From positions 1-64,000 of the IMG/VR virus record IMGVR_UViG_3300031658_000002: 64,000 nucleotides of DNA; one strand, 5' to 3'. How positions within the stretch are numbered: position 1 is the first letter of the stretch; each line of letters starts with the position of its first letter. Below, in pieces: positions 36,717 to 47,549 of the stretch. Source of the DNA: a virus. The translations under genes and the position numbers were made by a program. Under the pieces are notes generated by a model. That model did no database searches and was not told where the DNA came from. It saw nothing but the letters and a program-made list of their open reading frames with translations.

Positions 36717-37277
36717 TTATTTTCGTTTTTGTAAAACTTTAATAACCTTCTCAATCACAGGAAGCTTTATATCTTCTTTGATTGGATTTTCTTGTATGTA
36801 TTCTGCTACTATATTGTTAAGCTTGTTTTTTCTTATAGTCAAATTGCTTATGTTTATATCTTCCTTGATAAGCATTTTGACTAAATTTAAAATATGCTCT
36901 TTTTCCGTTAATGTAGGTTGGGATAATATATGTACTGTATCTTTGGTTTTTTTCAATATTGGTTTTTCCTGAGATATAACCTCCACTGTAACCTTTTTAG
37001 ATTGCTGTACTTTGAATTTAGATTCCCAAGGAGTGAAATAAGTGTCTTCTGCAATTATTTCTAGCCTTATTGTACCTTCAGTGCTTTCGTCTATAAGACC
37101 TCTAAGTCTCTTAACAGGTATTTTAACTTGGCCTGATTCAGATATTGTGCCTTTAAACATTATATCAAAGCCATCTGCTTCTACAACTAATCTAGCTTTA
37201 GATTTTTTTAAAGACGCTCCTTCAAGTTTTATCTTTGCTTCAAAATTCTCTATTTTATCCGTGTATAATTTGTACAT
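36717..37277 (-). CDS. Hypothetical protein (beta-sandwich-like N-terminus)
   Basis: GAGGAG SD; LEIIAEDTYFTPWES. Confidence 0.7.
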   Translation of the reverse strand: MYKLYTDKIENFEAKIKLEGASLKKSKARLVVEADGFDIMFKGTISESGQVKIPVKRLRGLIDESTEGTIRLEIIAEDTYFTPWESKFKVQQSKKVTVEVISQEKPILKKTKDTVHILSQPTLTEKEHILNLVKMLIKEDINISNLTIRKNKLNNIVAEYIQENPIKEDIKLPVIEKVIKVLQKRK

Positions 37278-37551
37278 TTCTTTTGATCTCCTCAGCTATT
37301 AGTTTTATATCATCCAAATATATTTCTATATTTTGTATTTCTTTTTCTTCGTCGTAAACTTTAATACCTTTTCTAAACATAACAAGCTTTATTACTTTAC
37401 GTCGCTTCTTTTTATCTTTGTCGTACTTGTTCCAGCCCTTGCTTTTACCTCCATGCTGGATTATATCGATTACTTCATTCCATAAGCTATCGTTATCGTT
37501 CCAAGCAATGGCTGCTGTGTTCCAAGCTATCTCTGTTGATTCATGCGACAT
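37255..37551 (-). CDS. Hypothetical protein, Trp-repeat N-terminus and basic centre
   Basis: IAWN..IAWN...LWNE; overlaps the next gene. Confidence 0.6.
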   Translation of the reverse strand: MSHESTEIAWNTAAIAWNDNDSLWNEVIDIIQHGGKSKGWNKYDKDKKKRRKVIKLVMFRKGIKVYDEEKEIQNIEIYLDDIKLIAEEIKRNVQIIHG

Positions 37552-37552
37552 A

Positions 37553-37560
37553 TATAAATA
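37553..37560 (-). promoter_or_regulatory. TATTTATA motif 1 nt before an ATG
   Basis: GATATTTATATATG. Confidence 0.55.
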
Positions 37561-37572
37561 TCATCCTCAGTT

Positions 37573-38901
37573 CTAAAAATTACCACCATCAATTGCAATG
37601 ACACTTCCCGTAAATGCCGGCATATTAGCTGTGGTTACTTTTGCAAATGTTACATTATCAGCTATCCGTATATTCTGGTCCATCATGTGGACTTCCGTAG
37701 CTCCCTGTCCTGATTGTACTTTCAAGCAGCTTAAGTTTCCGCCGATTGTGAGACCGCCTCCGCCATAGAATATAAAGTCCTGGCCTGATGAAGGAATATT
37801 TGCTGAATGATTTTTGTCTATTACAAATGCATCTGCTGATATATCTACTCCGGCCACCCATCGTTTAGTTGACGTACTTGTAAGAAAACTCAAATACTTG
37901 TCACTATCACCATCTGTTACGTTTCCTATTGTTATCCTCTGACCGGTCATAGTCATGTTGCTCGCTGTTACAGATACCTGGCCTTCTGATATTACAAGAT
38001 AATCACGTACAGGCTCACCAGCCTGAGAGGCTCCAATTCCAAAGTGCATAGAGCCCTTGATTGCCGAGCCATCAGATGCAACTCCATCTACTTTACCATA
38101 TATCTCCATTGCAGTTGCATCTTCATGGGAACCTGCAGAACTTATTGAAAGATCTTCCCAAGTTATAGTACCCAGTCTATCACCTTCAGATGCAGTTGAT
38201 GGCGCTAGAAAAGTACCTGGAGAATATGCCATTACCAGCTCTGAACCTGATGTTTCTGTAGTGACGGCACCACCTACTGCTATATTTCTATATTTCTTAG
38301 TTATTATCCTTCCGCCTCTGAACTCCATCTCTTTTGTTCCGTCATCAGATCTAAATTTTATATTGTCAGCTTTAAAATCTATATCGTTTTTTGGATCAGT
38401 TGTCTTAAACCCAAGCTTGCCAGATTTAGAAACATACATAAAAGTTTTTTCATAATTAAGATATTCATTTGTAGGGTTGGCCTCATGAGGCTTTCTTATG
38501 CTCCATTCTCCAGTTGGTGTAAAACCCATCTCCAAAGATGCTGAAGGTATGGCAAGCATCCCTGAGGCTGAACCTTCATAATCAAAAGATGTAAATCTTG
38601 ATGAAGTGTAAGTTCCATTAGAATTTGATATAGCTGTAGGGTAACCAAAAGACCCTGTTGTTGTAGTATCTCCAAAATGAAATAACGATTGTGATACTGA
38701 GTATGATACGTATGAAGTTGTTATGAATGTGATAGATGCTGTAGGTACACCGCCAAGAGACATTGATACATTGTTTGCTGGGTTTGAATTTGCAAAGTAT
38801 GGATGTTCTGATGTACTACCCGTTGGGCTTACTGGTAGATAAACTAAACTTGAAGTTGAGAAAATAAGTGAACCTGATGAGTATATTATTGTTTGAGGCA
38901 T
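37573..38901 (-). CDS. Tail fibre-like structural protein
   Basis: Ser/Thr/Gly-rich beta-repeat composition, MDQNIRIADNVTFAKVT, ends IDGGNF. Confidence 0.6.
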   Translation of the reverse strand: MPQTIIYSSGSLIFSTSSLVYLPVSPTGSTSEHPYFANSNPANNVSMSLGGVPTASITFITTSYVSYSVSQSLFHFGDTTTTGSFGYPTAISNSNGTYTSSRFTSFDYEGSASGMLAIPSASLEMGFTPTGEWSIRKPHEANPTNEYLNYEKTFMYVSKSGKLGFKTTDPKNDIDFKADNIKFRSDDGTKEMEFRGGRIITKKYRNIAVGGAVTTETSGSELVMAYSPGTFLAPSTASEGDRLGTITWEDLSISSAGSHEDATAMEIYGKVDGVASDGSAIKGSMHFGIGASQAGEPVRDYLVISEGQVSVTASNMTMTGQRITIGNVTDGDSDKYLSFLTSTSTKRWVAGVDISADAFVIDKNHSANIPSSGQDFIFYGGGGLTIGGNLSCLKVQSGQGATEVHMMDQNIRIADNVTFAKVTTANMPAFTGSVIAIDGGNF

Positions 38902-41900
38902 TATTTATTCTCCAAAGCTTTAATTCTGCTAGTCAAATCATCTATGACTGTCTGTTGTTTGTTTATCATATCTTGTTGGTCTTGCACTGATTTGACTAAC
39001 AAGGGTAAGAATGCATTATAATCCATAATTATAGGTGCCTTCTCTGGATCTGGGTTTGATTCTTCGTTTCCATGTACAGCATCAGGGAAATATTCCTGTA
39101 CTTCTTGTGCGATAAACCCTGACTGTCTCATCCCACCTTTTGACGAAGGAGTAGCTATCCACTCAAAGTCTCTTACAGGTATACCCATCAAATTGTCTAT
39201 ACTTAATACTGTATCGGTTATGCTTTCTTTAAGTCTTCTGTCAGATACAGTTTCATATATAACTTTTGTCTTATAATTGAAGTGATCTTTTCTAACGCCT
39301 CCTGCATAGTAGCCTTTTATAGAACCGTCGTGACGGGCTTCTTTATGTTCGAATGAAATATAAAACACATTTCCTAGACCGCAATCTCCTGGATAAGCTA
39401 CACTCTGCCAACCTTGTCCTTGTATATAAGTCGACTGATACGGTGGTTTGTTGTGAGTACCATTTTCTGCGCATGTTAAATAAGGAGGCATTGATGTATT
39501 AGCTGTTGTCTGAGGAGGGTATTTCAAATCTACTGTTCTAGGTATAGATGAAACGCCTATTTTTATACCATGACCTGCACCGGCCATATTACATTCATGG
39601 TTATCGTTATGCGCGTTTCCGGGATCCGCCATCTTATTGAAGATTGCTGCATACTGCATTCCTACGTTAGTACTGGCGAAAGATGAGTGGTGAGCTGCTG
39701 CTCCAACTGGACAGTCCATAGCATTAAAACCATTGACAGTAAGCCAGGCTGTTTCGTCATACAGTCCGCCAAATGAGTTCCAACCTACAGCTGCTGATAG
39801 TGATGGATCATACAATGGCGGGCCAATGGTTGTTGTACATGATATATAAGACCACGATCTTAAATGATTACCACTTCCAGCTCCGTGATATGGGTTAAAT
39901 CCTATTGTCGCTACAGTATCCTTATCAAGTAGACCTGAAGACATACAAGCGCTACCTCCTGAACTTATGTTGTTTTCTCTAAAGTAAGTTATCTCGTTTG
40001 TAGACGTATTATATTTTAAAGAATAATATGTATCGGCTTCTTTAAGGCTATAGTAGAAAAGGTCATTGTTTGCTGCTATCTGCATACCTCCATGTGTACT
40101 TGCTAGTGATGCAGCCATAGTTAAATTATCTGGCTGAAGTCTTATACCTGCTGAGCCATCGCTAATCTTTATTGCATTGTTTTTCGATCCTTTGTTTCGT
40201 ATATGAAAGTCATCAGCAGCTGTTCTGTGCACTTCAGCATAATCTGTAAACTGAGTACCTTTCCACATATGTCCGTATCCATCGCTCTGTGTTATCCAGT
40301 TAGCGCCCATCTGTAATGCTGTTGTTGCTGTGTGATTTCCTAAGTTGTCTGCACTACCACCACTACCGCCAGAACCACCTGTGTTGCTTGAGATTGTAAT
40401 GTGATCTGTCCCAGCGTTTGAAGATAGAGTGACATTTGTTCCACCAACTAGATATAAATTATCATTTGCAGAGGCAACTAAATCAGCCTGTGCAGCATGA
40501 GGTGTTGTCCCTGAGTGAGTTACTTTTATTTTGACGAATGCATTAGCAGCGGTTGATGCAAAAGTTATAGCATCAGTCGCTGTAGTTAGTGTCATACCAG
40601 ATCCGGCTACCAATGTCATCGTGTCAGTAGCGGTATTGGCTGTCTGAGAAGTCTGGCCTGCTACTGCAAATGTTTTATATAGATCTTGATCTGGTGCACC
40701 CGTTGAAGCGCCGTTTGTTATTGTTAACACGTCACCTGAAATAGCTGTTGTTATACCTGTACCTCCGGCTATTTTGAATGTATCAGTAGTTGAATTTGGG
40801 GATGTAGATGTTGAATCTGCCTCAATTGTGTGCCATAAGTTCTGGTCAGAAGCACCCGCGGGGTTATTGTTTGTTATCGTAAGAGTGTCGCCTACTATGG
40901 CTGTTGTTATACCTGAGCCTCCAGCAATTGTTAACGAATCAGTGGTTGTATTCGGTGTTGTTGATGACGGGCCGTCAGCATTTATTGTATGCCATAAGTC
41001 TTGAGCTGCTGCGCCAACTGTTGAGGAAACAAAATCTGCAGCTGAAATTGTTTTTAGCTGACCTGTAACTCCGTCCCAGTTAACTAGCTTAGATTGAGAT
41101 GCTGCTGGTAAACAAGGAAGATATACTGACCCTGAAATTATCCAGCTATCATTACAGCTATCTCCGAATAAGCCAGGGCCTGACATTGTAACAGGACCTG
41201 AGAATGAAGTTGTGCCATTTATAAGATTGGGGCCTGACATCGTAACAGGACCTGTGAATGAAGATGTGCCTCCGAACGTATTTGGGCCTGAGAAGATAGA
41301 TGGGCCAGTTGAGGTTACAGTATTAGATACTACATTTGTAAACGTAGCAGTTAGTTCATTTTTCCAAGGTACATTAGGTATCACTGCAGTATAATCTGCT
41401 ATATCACCGTAATCGTTATAGAATTCAAATTTAAAATCTAGTGAGTCATACTCGGCAACATTACATTTTATTGTTGGGAATATAACGTCCCAAGTTCCTG
41501 GTGTAAATCCTTTTCTATCCCATGGCTTTATTGATATATCCCATAAGTACCATACGCCAGAATCTATTTTAAATCTTGGACCTCCACCTTCAGTACCATC
41601 TGCTTTAAATATAAACTTCTTACCTACCTCTTTCTGATTATTATTATAGTCATAGTCAACTTGTTTTTTCTTTATAGCTGTGTCTTCTATTAGACCTATA
41701 AACTTACCATGTGCAGAACCTCCATCGGTAAATGCAGAACCTGACATATATAATGACAACTTGGGCTCTTCTATTGCATCGTCATAAGTCGTTGTCCATG
41801 TAGGTATTTGAGTTTTTTGAGATACTGCCTTGAATGAAAGTTCATACCACTGATCTTGGTAGAAAGAAGCTGTGTTTGAAGATGATGGTTCGAATACCCA

Positions 41901-43433
41901 ATATGCTGTTCCATCAAGGCTAAGAGCTTGCTGATTGTCACCTATTACTACGCAATCTTGCACTGGTGGGTTTTCTGCAGCTGTCTGCTGTTGGTATATA
42001 CCTAAAAATGGATTTGGCGTACCTACACCGGAAGCAGTCCAATAAGTATTTAGTGACGTTGCTCCATTAAATGCAACACCTTGTTTAGTGAAGTCACCCA
42101 TAGGTGCACGGAATTTCTGATAGTCCCTTCTATACAATAACTCCTGAGCTGCAACTGCATTATCTGATGCAAGAACCCAGTCAAATGGAGCTTGTTCATT
42201 TTTCATATAACACTTAACACGTGTAACGTCTCCAGTCATTGGCTGTAGATTATTGAATGTTACATGTGCATAAGAAGTATTAAGCGGCTCCCCGGTTGAC
42301 CCTGTAGGGTTTGCACTGTAGCTTGCGGGAGCCTGTGCCCACATAAGTTCAAAGTCAGAATCTGTAAATTCAAAGTGTTCGAAGTCTTGATACTGTGCTC
42401 CTGTTGTTCCTTGTATTGTAGTATGTGGTGATGAAGTTCTTATCTCGAAAGGTGAGATTACTTCTTCGACCATAGATACATACGCACCTGTTATAAATGA
42501 TGGTATGTTGTTTGTTAGCAGATTGTTTTCAAATAATCCATCGCCTTCCTCTTCAGGGGCAAAGACTGGATTTGATGGTGTATGTTCTGTTGAATATCCT
42601 AGATACGAACCAGGTCTAGGAGTTTGAGGGGATCGTACTATTATTACACCACCTACCATATCACTGGTAAACCCTCCAAAGTCTATATAATTAGTACCTT
42701 GAGGTTTCGCTGTTATAAAAAACTTACCTCCACTCTTTTTATATTCTACCTTAGTTGTTGTGTTAGGGCCTTGAACTTCTGCAGCATAACCATCAGACGA
42801 AAGCACATAGCTTGATGTAGGATTTCCGTTCCAATATAGAGATGGTGTAGACCCTGATAGATCTTGATTGTGTGTTAGTGCGTAAAATGGCTTTAATATC
42901 TCCTCTATCTTTATTACAGGTCTAGAAGTCTGGCCGTATAAAACAGGTGACTTGTTAGAGTTGCTAGGCTTAGTTGTAAATATCCTAGTCCATCTAAAAT
43001 TAGGTATACCATACCATGCAGAAGGGATTGGCGTACCATCCGGTCCTTGAGAAGCTACTCCTATTATTGTAACTATAGTGTCTCCTGGTGGAGTATTGGT
43101 AGTTACATCTATTGATATCACTTTAGTATCTAGATCGTCGCCTAAACCATATACCTGTGACTTAAGTACTTGACCGTTGGTATCTAACACTTCGACTAGT
43201 ATCTCTGAGTTTAGAAGCATTGTAGCTGCAGTACCTCTTATTCCTATAAAATTCTTACCGCCAGTAAAATTGAATGAAGGATCATAGTCTAATTTAAAGT
43301 AATTGCTAGACTTGTCATCAAAATCTTCGAAATACACATTTCTATTATATAAATCTTGGAAGAAGTATTGACCTACGGTGGTCTCTATCTGAAGTCTTTC
43401 TATTCTATCTGTCGCTGTTGTGTTTGATGCCAT
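38901..43433 (-). CDS. Large tail fibre with C-terminal intramolecular chaperone (peptidase S74)
   Basis: SDRRLKESI...GFIAQEVQEYFPDAV...MDYNAFLPLLVKSVQD plus coiled coil; internal FSGPVTMSGP and AGGxGITT repeats; DNLGNHTAT. Confidence 0.85.
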   Translation of the reverse strand: MASNTTATDRIERLQIETTVGQYFFQDLYNRNVYFEDFDDKSSNYFKLDYDPSFNFTGGKNFIGIRGTAATMLLNSEILVEVLDTNGQVLKSQVYGLGDDLDTKVISIDVTTNTPPGDTIVTIIGVASQGPDGTPIPSAWYGIPNFRWTRIFTTKPSNSNKSPVLYGQTSRPVIKIEEILKPFYALTHNQDLSGSTPSLYWNGNPTSSYVLSSDGYAAEVQGPNTTTKVEYKKSGGKFFITAKPQGTNYIDFGGFTSDMVGGVIIVRSPQTPRPGSYLGYSTEHTPSNPVFAPEEEGDGLFENNLLTNNIPSFITGAYVSMVEEVISPFEIRTSSPHTTIQGTTGAQYQDFEHFEFTDSDFELMWAQAPASYSANPTGSTGEPLNTSYAHVTFNNLQPMTGDVTRVKCYMKNEQAPFDWVLASDNAVAAQELLYRRDYQKFRAPMGDFTKQGVAFNGATSLNTYWTASGVGTPNPFLGIYQQQTAAENPPVQDCVVIGDNQQALSLDGTAYWVFEPSSSNTASFYQDQWYELSFKAVSQKTQIPTWTTTYDDAIEEPKLSLYMSGSAFTDGGSAHGKFIGLIEDTAIKKKQVDYDYNNNQKEVGKKFIFKADGTEGGGPRFKIDSGVWYLWDISIKPWDRKGFTPGTWDVIFPTIKCNVAEYDSLDFKFEFYNDYGDIADYTAVIPNVPWKNELTATFTNVVSNTVTSTGPSIFSGPNTFGGTSSFTGPVTMSGPNLINGTTSFSGPVTMSGPGLFGDSCNDSWIISGSVYLPCLPAASQSKLVNWDGVTGQLKTISAADFVSSTVGAAAQDLWHTINADGPSSTTPNTTTDSLTIAGGSGITTAIVGDTLTITNNNPAGASDQNLWHTIEADSTSTSPNSTTDTFKIAGGTGITTAISGDVLTITNGASTGAPDQDLYKTFAVAGQTSQTANTATDTMTLVAGSGMTLTTATDAITFASTAANAFVKIKVTHSGTTPHAAQADLVASANDNLYLVGGTNVTLSSNAGTDHITISSNTGGSGGSGGSADNLGNHTATTALQMGANWITQSDGYGHMWKGTQFTDYAEVHRTAADDFHIRNKGSKNNAIKISDGSAGIRLQPDNLTMAASLASTHGGMQIAANNDLFYYSLKEADTYYSLKYNTSTNEITYFRENNISSGGSACMSSGLLDKDTVATIGFNPYHGAGSGNHLRSWSYISCTTTIGPPLYDPSLSAAVGWNSFGGLYDETAWLTVNGFNAMDCPVGAAAHHSSFASTNVGMQYAAIFNKMADPGNAHNDNHECNMAGAGHGIKIGVSSIPRTVDLKYPPQTTANTSMPPYLTCAENGTHNKPPYQSTYIQGQGWQSVAYPGDCGLGNVFYISFEHKEARHDGSIKGYYAGGVRKDHFNYKTKVIYETVSDRRLKESITDTVLSIDNLMGIPVRDFEWIATPSSKGGMRQSGFIAQEVQEYFPDAVHGNEESNPDPEKAPIIMDYNAFLPLLVKSVQDQQDMINKQQTVIDDLTSRIKALENK
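40420..41310 (-). repeat. Coding repeats in the large fibre: about four ~50-aa QDLWHTI.AD...D.LTIAGGxGITT units plus short (F/M)SGP units
   Basis: Visible in the translation; gctgttgttatacctg occurs twice in the DNA. Confidence 0.7.
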
Positions 43434-43456
43434 TTATTATTCCCAGTATTATACTA

Positions 43457-43464
43457 TATAAATA
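43457..43464 (-). promoter_or_regulatory. Putative late promoter motif TATTTATA
   Basis: Marks the return to structural genes after the replication block. Confidence 0.65.
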
Positions 43465-43471
43465 TCAAGTA

Positions 43472-46400
43472 CTACACAATAACCTTACTCAATCCTTTAG
43501 TTATGTTGATCTCTACTAGACCATCAACCATATCTTTCATGATATCTATGTGAGATATTATCATTACAAAGTCAAATTCTGCTTTAAGATAATCAAACAA
43601 CATAGACATAGAGTTTATATTCTCTGAATCTAAATTACCAAAGCCTTCGTCAACTGCCAAGAAATTAGGACGTGGTAAGTTAGATATTTTTATAAGCGCT
43701 ACCCGTATTGCTAAAGAACTTATAAACTTCTCCATACCCGAAGTAAGTTCTAAAGGCCATCTGTCTTCTTCTCCATATTTTATATAACTTAATATATTTT
43801 TGCCATCTACATCGAACTCTATTTCGAAGTCAACTATTTGAGATAAAGTATTATTTATCTCCTCTTCAAGATATGGCAACGTCTCAGCTATTATCTCGTA
43901 AGGTATACCGTCACGTTTAATTGCATCTAAATAAAACTCATATGACTTCAGCTTTAACTCCAACTCGTGTGCATCGCTTATAGTACTTGTTATATTAGAT
44001 ATGTTTTGAGTAGTTATGGAGACGTTACTGTATGCTTTCTGTATATCGTTTTGTACTTCGTCCAATTCTACTTTTATATTTGCTTTTTCTATTTCTAGAT
44101 TGTCTATAGATGCGTTTATCCGTTCATTAGCCTTGATAGTTTCCTTGTTTCTATGATACTTCTCTATATCCTTATCTATACCCTTTAGTTCAGTTTTCTT
44201 GGCGCGTAGGTCAGACTTTCTCTGCTCCGATTTGATTATAATTTCCGATTCATATTGGCTAATAGTCAACTTTTCACTTTCTAGTTCTCTATATATATTT
44301 ATTAGATTTTCAACCTCAGTCTTCTCCAGTAACACACTATCTGATATTGATCTGTCGCTTAAAAGCTTGTTAACAATAATCTTGTCTTCTTTAAGTAAGT
44401 CTTTTGCTTGCATTGCAGATTTTACAAATTCATTGTCGCAGCAATAATTACAGGCAGGGTCGTACTCGTGCACATCAAGTTTTGATATCAAGTCTAGCTT
44501 GTTTCTTACGCTTACCTTTTTAACTTCTATTTCTCTTACCAATCTAGAGTTATTATCTTTTTCTATATCAAGTACTGCCTTTTTAGCTACAAGATCTTTT
44601 ACATCTATCTTTGACATTTTTAGATTTATCTCAGTTGACTTTTTCTTATTAACCTTTGCGTACTCTTTGTATTTGTTTAACTTGTAGTTATATGCACTTA
44701 TGGTTTCCTCGGCAAAACTTTTCACTCTTTCTAACTTTTCAATATTATCTGATGTAGATATATTTTTAAGCTCCTTGACTTTGGTGTGTATACTTTTCTC
44801 TTTATCTGAATATCGTTTCTGTATAGTATTCTTGTCTCCGTCTAACTCTGAGTATACTTTGCTGTATCTTTTCTGATTCTCTTCTTCGTCTATTAGCTGT
44901 TGAGAGTAGTCTGTCTTTCCAAAATTTCTAAGAAGTATCTGCACCTCCTTTATCTCCTCATTTGCTAGATTATAAAGCTCTTCAAATACAGTTATATCTA
45001 AGAATTGAGAAAGAAGATCTTTCTTCTCCGTCTGTGACTGATCAATAAATCCAGTACTATTGTTTTGTACTGACATTGATGTTAACACAAAGTCATTATA
45101 TAAACCTAGATAACCTCTTATATTTTTATCAGTCTGAGTTCTCTGCTCTCCATTTAAAGATATTATCGTATCGTCTTCACCTATCATCCAGAAATTAACG
45201 TCAACTCTAACGTGGCCCTTTTTTTCTTTAACACCTTTTCTTTCTATGAAATATTGTATACCGTCTATCTCAAAGTTAAGCTTACATGAAAAATTCTTTT
45301 TCTTATTGTTCAGTACATCAGATGCGGATTTAGTTCTAGAGCACTTATGGAAAGCGCAAAACATTAGTGCATCAAGTATTGCAGACTTCCCTGCGTGGTT
45401 GGGAGCAAATACGCCTACGACATCTCTAAGTTTGCTAAAGTCTATTACATTGTCTTCACCATAACTGAACATGTTAGAAAATTCAAACGTTTTAGGCAGC
45501 CACCTAACACCTCTAGATATTTCTATTGCTGAAAGATGTTTATTAAGTTCAGTGTTTATATTTTTTATTCTGCGTATAGTCTCAGAGTCAGCTGAATGAT
45601 TTGTTCCTATGTATTCTTCAAGCAATTCGTTTTGATATTGTACATCTCTTATATCTCTTGTTAACGAGCGTGTTGTTTTATTCTGAGCATTGAGTTTGTC
45701 GTTTTTTATTATAACTATGTCTGTAGTTTTACATTTGCATTTTATTTCTTTTATTATATCTTTCAGCTGAGCCCTTGTTGTGTTGTTAGTACGTATTCTT
45801 ACTCTAGGATATTTTGGTATGCTGTCTATATTTGGCAGTATGCCTTCGCTGACGTTTATAGTGTAAAACCCATGCACATTTTCAAAGTTCCTGAATTCAG
45901 CTTTTCTTTTCTCTACATCCCATATAGCACAACCGTGGTTATCAAACGATTCTCCAAAATTCTGCTGTATTAAAGACCCTACCTGGAGTATTGTTTCATC
46001 TGTATCGTAAAACTGTCTCTTGTGTATATCTCCAAGCATAGTCATATCATAGCCATCAAACATAGATGATTTTAAACTATCACTTTCAACTTTATATCCT
46101 GCATCAGTGTATGACATATCAAGTGCTCCGTGGAAAAGAGCAACTTTAGTCTCACCTTCAAAAGAATTAGATTTTATAAAAGTCTTCGGGTCGTCGAAAA
46201 TACTAAACACTGCAAAGTGAGTGTCGGCTATTAAATGCACTGCAGAGTCTTTAAGATAGTGAAGCTGTGGGTGGTTTAAAGATTCAATCATCGGAGTAAG
46301 AGAGTCAAGCCTAGACGAGTTATTTAGATTTGCATCGTGATTACCAGTTATAACTATCGTATGCCGTCTGTCTGCTAGATTTTTTAAAAACTCGCACGTT

Positions 46401-46618
46401 AGCTTTATAAGCTCAGGTGATATATCAGTCTTACTATGTACGACGTCGCCTCCTACATATACTATTGAGTTTTTAGGAAGATCGTCAACTTCTTTATACA
46501 GCTGTCTAAATACTTTTCTATATTCCTTATGTCTCTGATAATTTCTTATGTGTATATCAGCAACATGCAATACTTTTTCTAATTTGTTAAATCCTACATC
46601 AATCTTGTTAAAGTCCAA
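43472..46618 (-). CDS. Fused Mre11/SbcD nuclease and Rad50/SbcC ATPase (gp47-gp46-like)
   Basis: HVADIH, GGD, GNHD, FHG, LGDIH phosphoesterase motifs; Walker A APNHAGKS; coiled coil with CNYC hook; TSGME signature; LAVDEGFG; IISH. Confidence 0.92.
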   Translation of the reverse strand: MDFNKIDVGFNKLEKVLHVADIHIRNYQRHKEYRKVFRQLYKEVDDLPKNSIVYVGGDVVHSKTDISPELIKLTCEFLKNLADRRHTIVITGNHDANLNNSSRLDSLTPMIESLNHPQLHYLKDSAVHLIADTHFAVFSIFDDPKTFIKSNSFEGETKVALFHGALDMSYTDAGYKVESDSLKSSMFDGYDMTMLGDIHKRQFYDTDETILQVGSLIQQNFGESFDNHGCAIWDVEKRKAEFRNFENVHGFYTINVSEGILPNIDSIPKYPRVRIRTNNTTRAQLKDIIKEIKCKCKTTDIVIIKNDKLNAQNKTTRSLTRDIRDVQYQNELLEEYIGTNHSADSETIRRIKNINTELNKHLSAIEISRGVRWLPKTFEFSNMFSYGEDNVIDFSKLRDVVGVFAPNHAGKSAILDALMFCAFHKCSRTKSASDVLNNKKKNFSCKLNFEIDGIQYFIERKGVKEKKGHVRVDVNFWMIGEDDTIISLNGEQRTQTDKNIRGYLGLYNDFVLTSMSVQNNSTGFIDQSQTEKKDLLSQFLDITVFEELYNLANEEIKEVQILLRNFGKTDYSQQLIDEEENQKRYSKVYSELDGDKNTIQKRYSDKEKSIHTKVKELKNISTSDNIEKLERVKSFAEETISAYNYKLNKYKEYAKVNKKKSTEINLKMSKIDVKDLVAKKAVLDIEKDNNSRLVREIEVKKVSVRNKLDLISKLDVHEYDPACNYCCDNEFVKSAMQAKDLLKEDKIIVNKLLSDRSISDSVLLEKTEVENLINIYRELESEKLTISQYESEIIIKSEQRKSDLRAKKTELKGIDKDIEKYHRNKETIKANERINASIDNLEIEKANIKVELDEVQNDIQKAYSNVSITTQNISNITSTISDAHELELKLKSYEFYLDAIKRDGIPYEIIAETLPYLEEEINNTLSQIVDFEIEFDVDGKNILSYIKYGEEDRWPLELTSGMEKFISSLAIRVALIKISNLPRPNFLAVDEGFGNLDSENINSMSMLFDYLKAEFDFVMIISHIDIMKDMVDGLVEINITKGLSKVIV

Positions 46619-47519
46619 ATTTCATCTCCAGTAATTTTGCAAAATCTACAGGCTTTGATTTACTAATCAGCTCTGTTATCTTTTTATGTCCTAATGTGCT
46701 AGGATCTTCGTCATCTTGCATTTCAATTATTCTAACGTCTATATTTTCTGATTGCAAGTATTCGCATAGTTTTATAGATTCACTCTTTGCATCGCTATCT
46801 AAAACTATGTTAACTCGCTTAACTTTGTTCTGTCTTATTTTCGCTCTTAACGACTTAGGGAGGAACTTTCCAAATATTGGTATGGAGTTCTCGCCAACTG
46901 CTATTGCATCAAAAACACCTTCGCATATATTTATATCTTCATTCCAGTTTATTAGTAACTCAAACCCTATAACATCTTTAGATGTCTTAGGATTCTTGTG
47001 CTTGAAGTCACTTTCGTAATAAGCTCTACCTACAAAGTAATTTAATATACCAAAGCTATCGTAGCTAGGTATTACTACCATTCCTTTATATTGGCCTGAA
47101 TCACAATAACCTATATTATATCTAAGCACATCTGTCTTTGTAATTCCTCTTGATTTTAAATACCTTGCAGCGTTTCTGAATTCAGGGTTGTTTTTATCGC
47201 CATCTACAATCGGCTTAAACTCTAAAGGAAGTGATACATGTTCTACTTCTTTTTCACGGTCAACTTTACGTTTAACACCCGTAAGCATGTGTAACTCTTT
47301 AACTCTGCCGTGTGATCCCACCTGCCTAAATATTCTTTCAGCACCTACTCCTTTAACTCCACATACCCAGCAGTGCCATTTTTGAGTTATAATGTTTATA
47401 ACAAGTTTCTTTTTGTGATGATTGCAGTATGGACATGTGAAAGTTGCTTCATTTCCACTAGTCATTGATTTCCCTAATACATTTTCAAAAAGATTGAGTA
47501 AGCGTCTACTTTTATTCAT
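46608..47519 (-). CDS. DNA primase (Zn finger plus TOPRIM)
   Basis: CPYC...WHCWVC, YLKSRGI, YFVGR, CEGVFDAI, LDSDA, EDPS. Confidence 0.9.
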   Translation of the reverse strand: MNKSRRLLNLFENVLGKSMTSGNEATFTCPYCNHHKKKLVINIITQKWHCWVCGVKGVGAERIFRQVGSHGRVKELHMLTGVKRKVDREKEVEHVSLPLEFKPIVDGDKNNPEFRNAARYLKSRGITKTDVLRYNIGYCDSGQYKGMVVIPSYDSFGILNYFVGRAYYESDFKHKNPKTSKDVIGFELLINWNEDINICEGVFDAIAVGENSIPIFGKFLPKSLRAKIRQNKVKRVNIVLDSDAKSESIKLCEYLQSENIDVRIIEMQDDEDPSTLGHKKITELISKSKPVDFAKLLEMKFGL

Positions 47520-47520
47520 G

Positions 47521-47536
47521 TATATAATATAACAAA
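47521..47536 (-). promoter_or_regulatory. Putative early/middle promoter TTTGTTATATTATATA abutting the primase ATG
   Basis: Same motif-ATAC-ATG geometry as at polA. Confidence 0.55.
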
Positions 47537-47549
47537 TTTTTCCGAGTTA

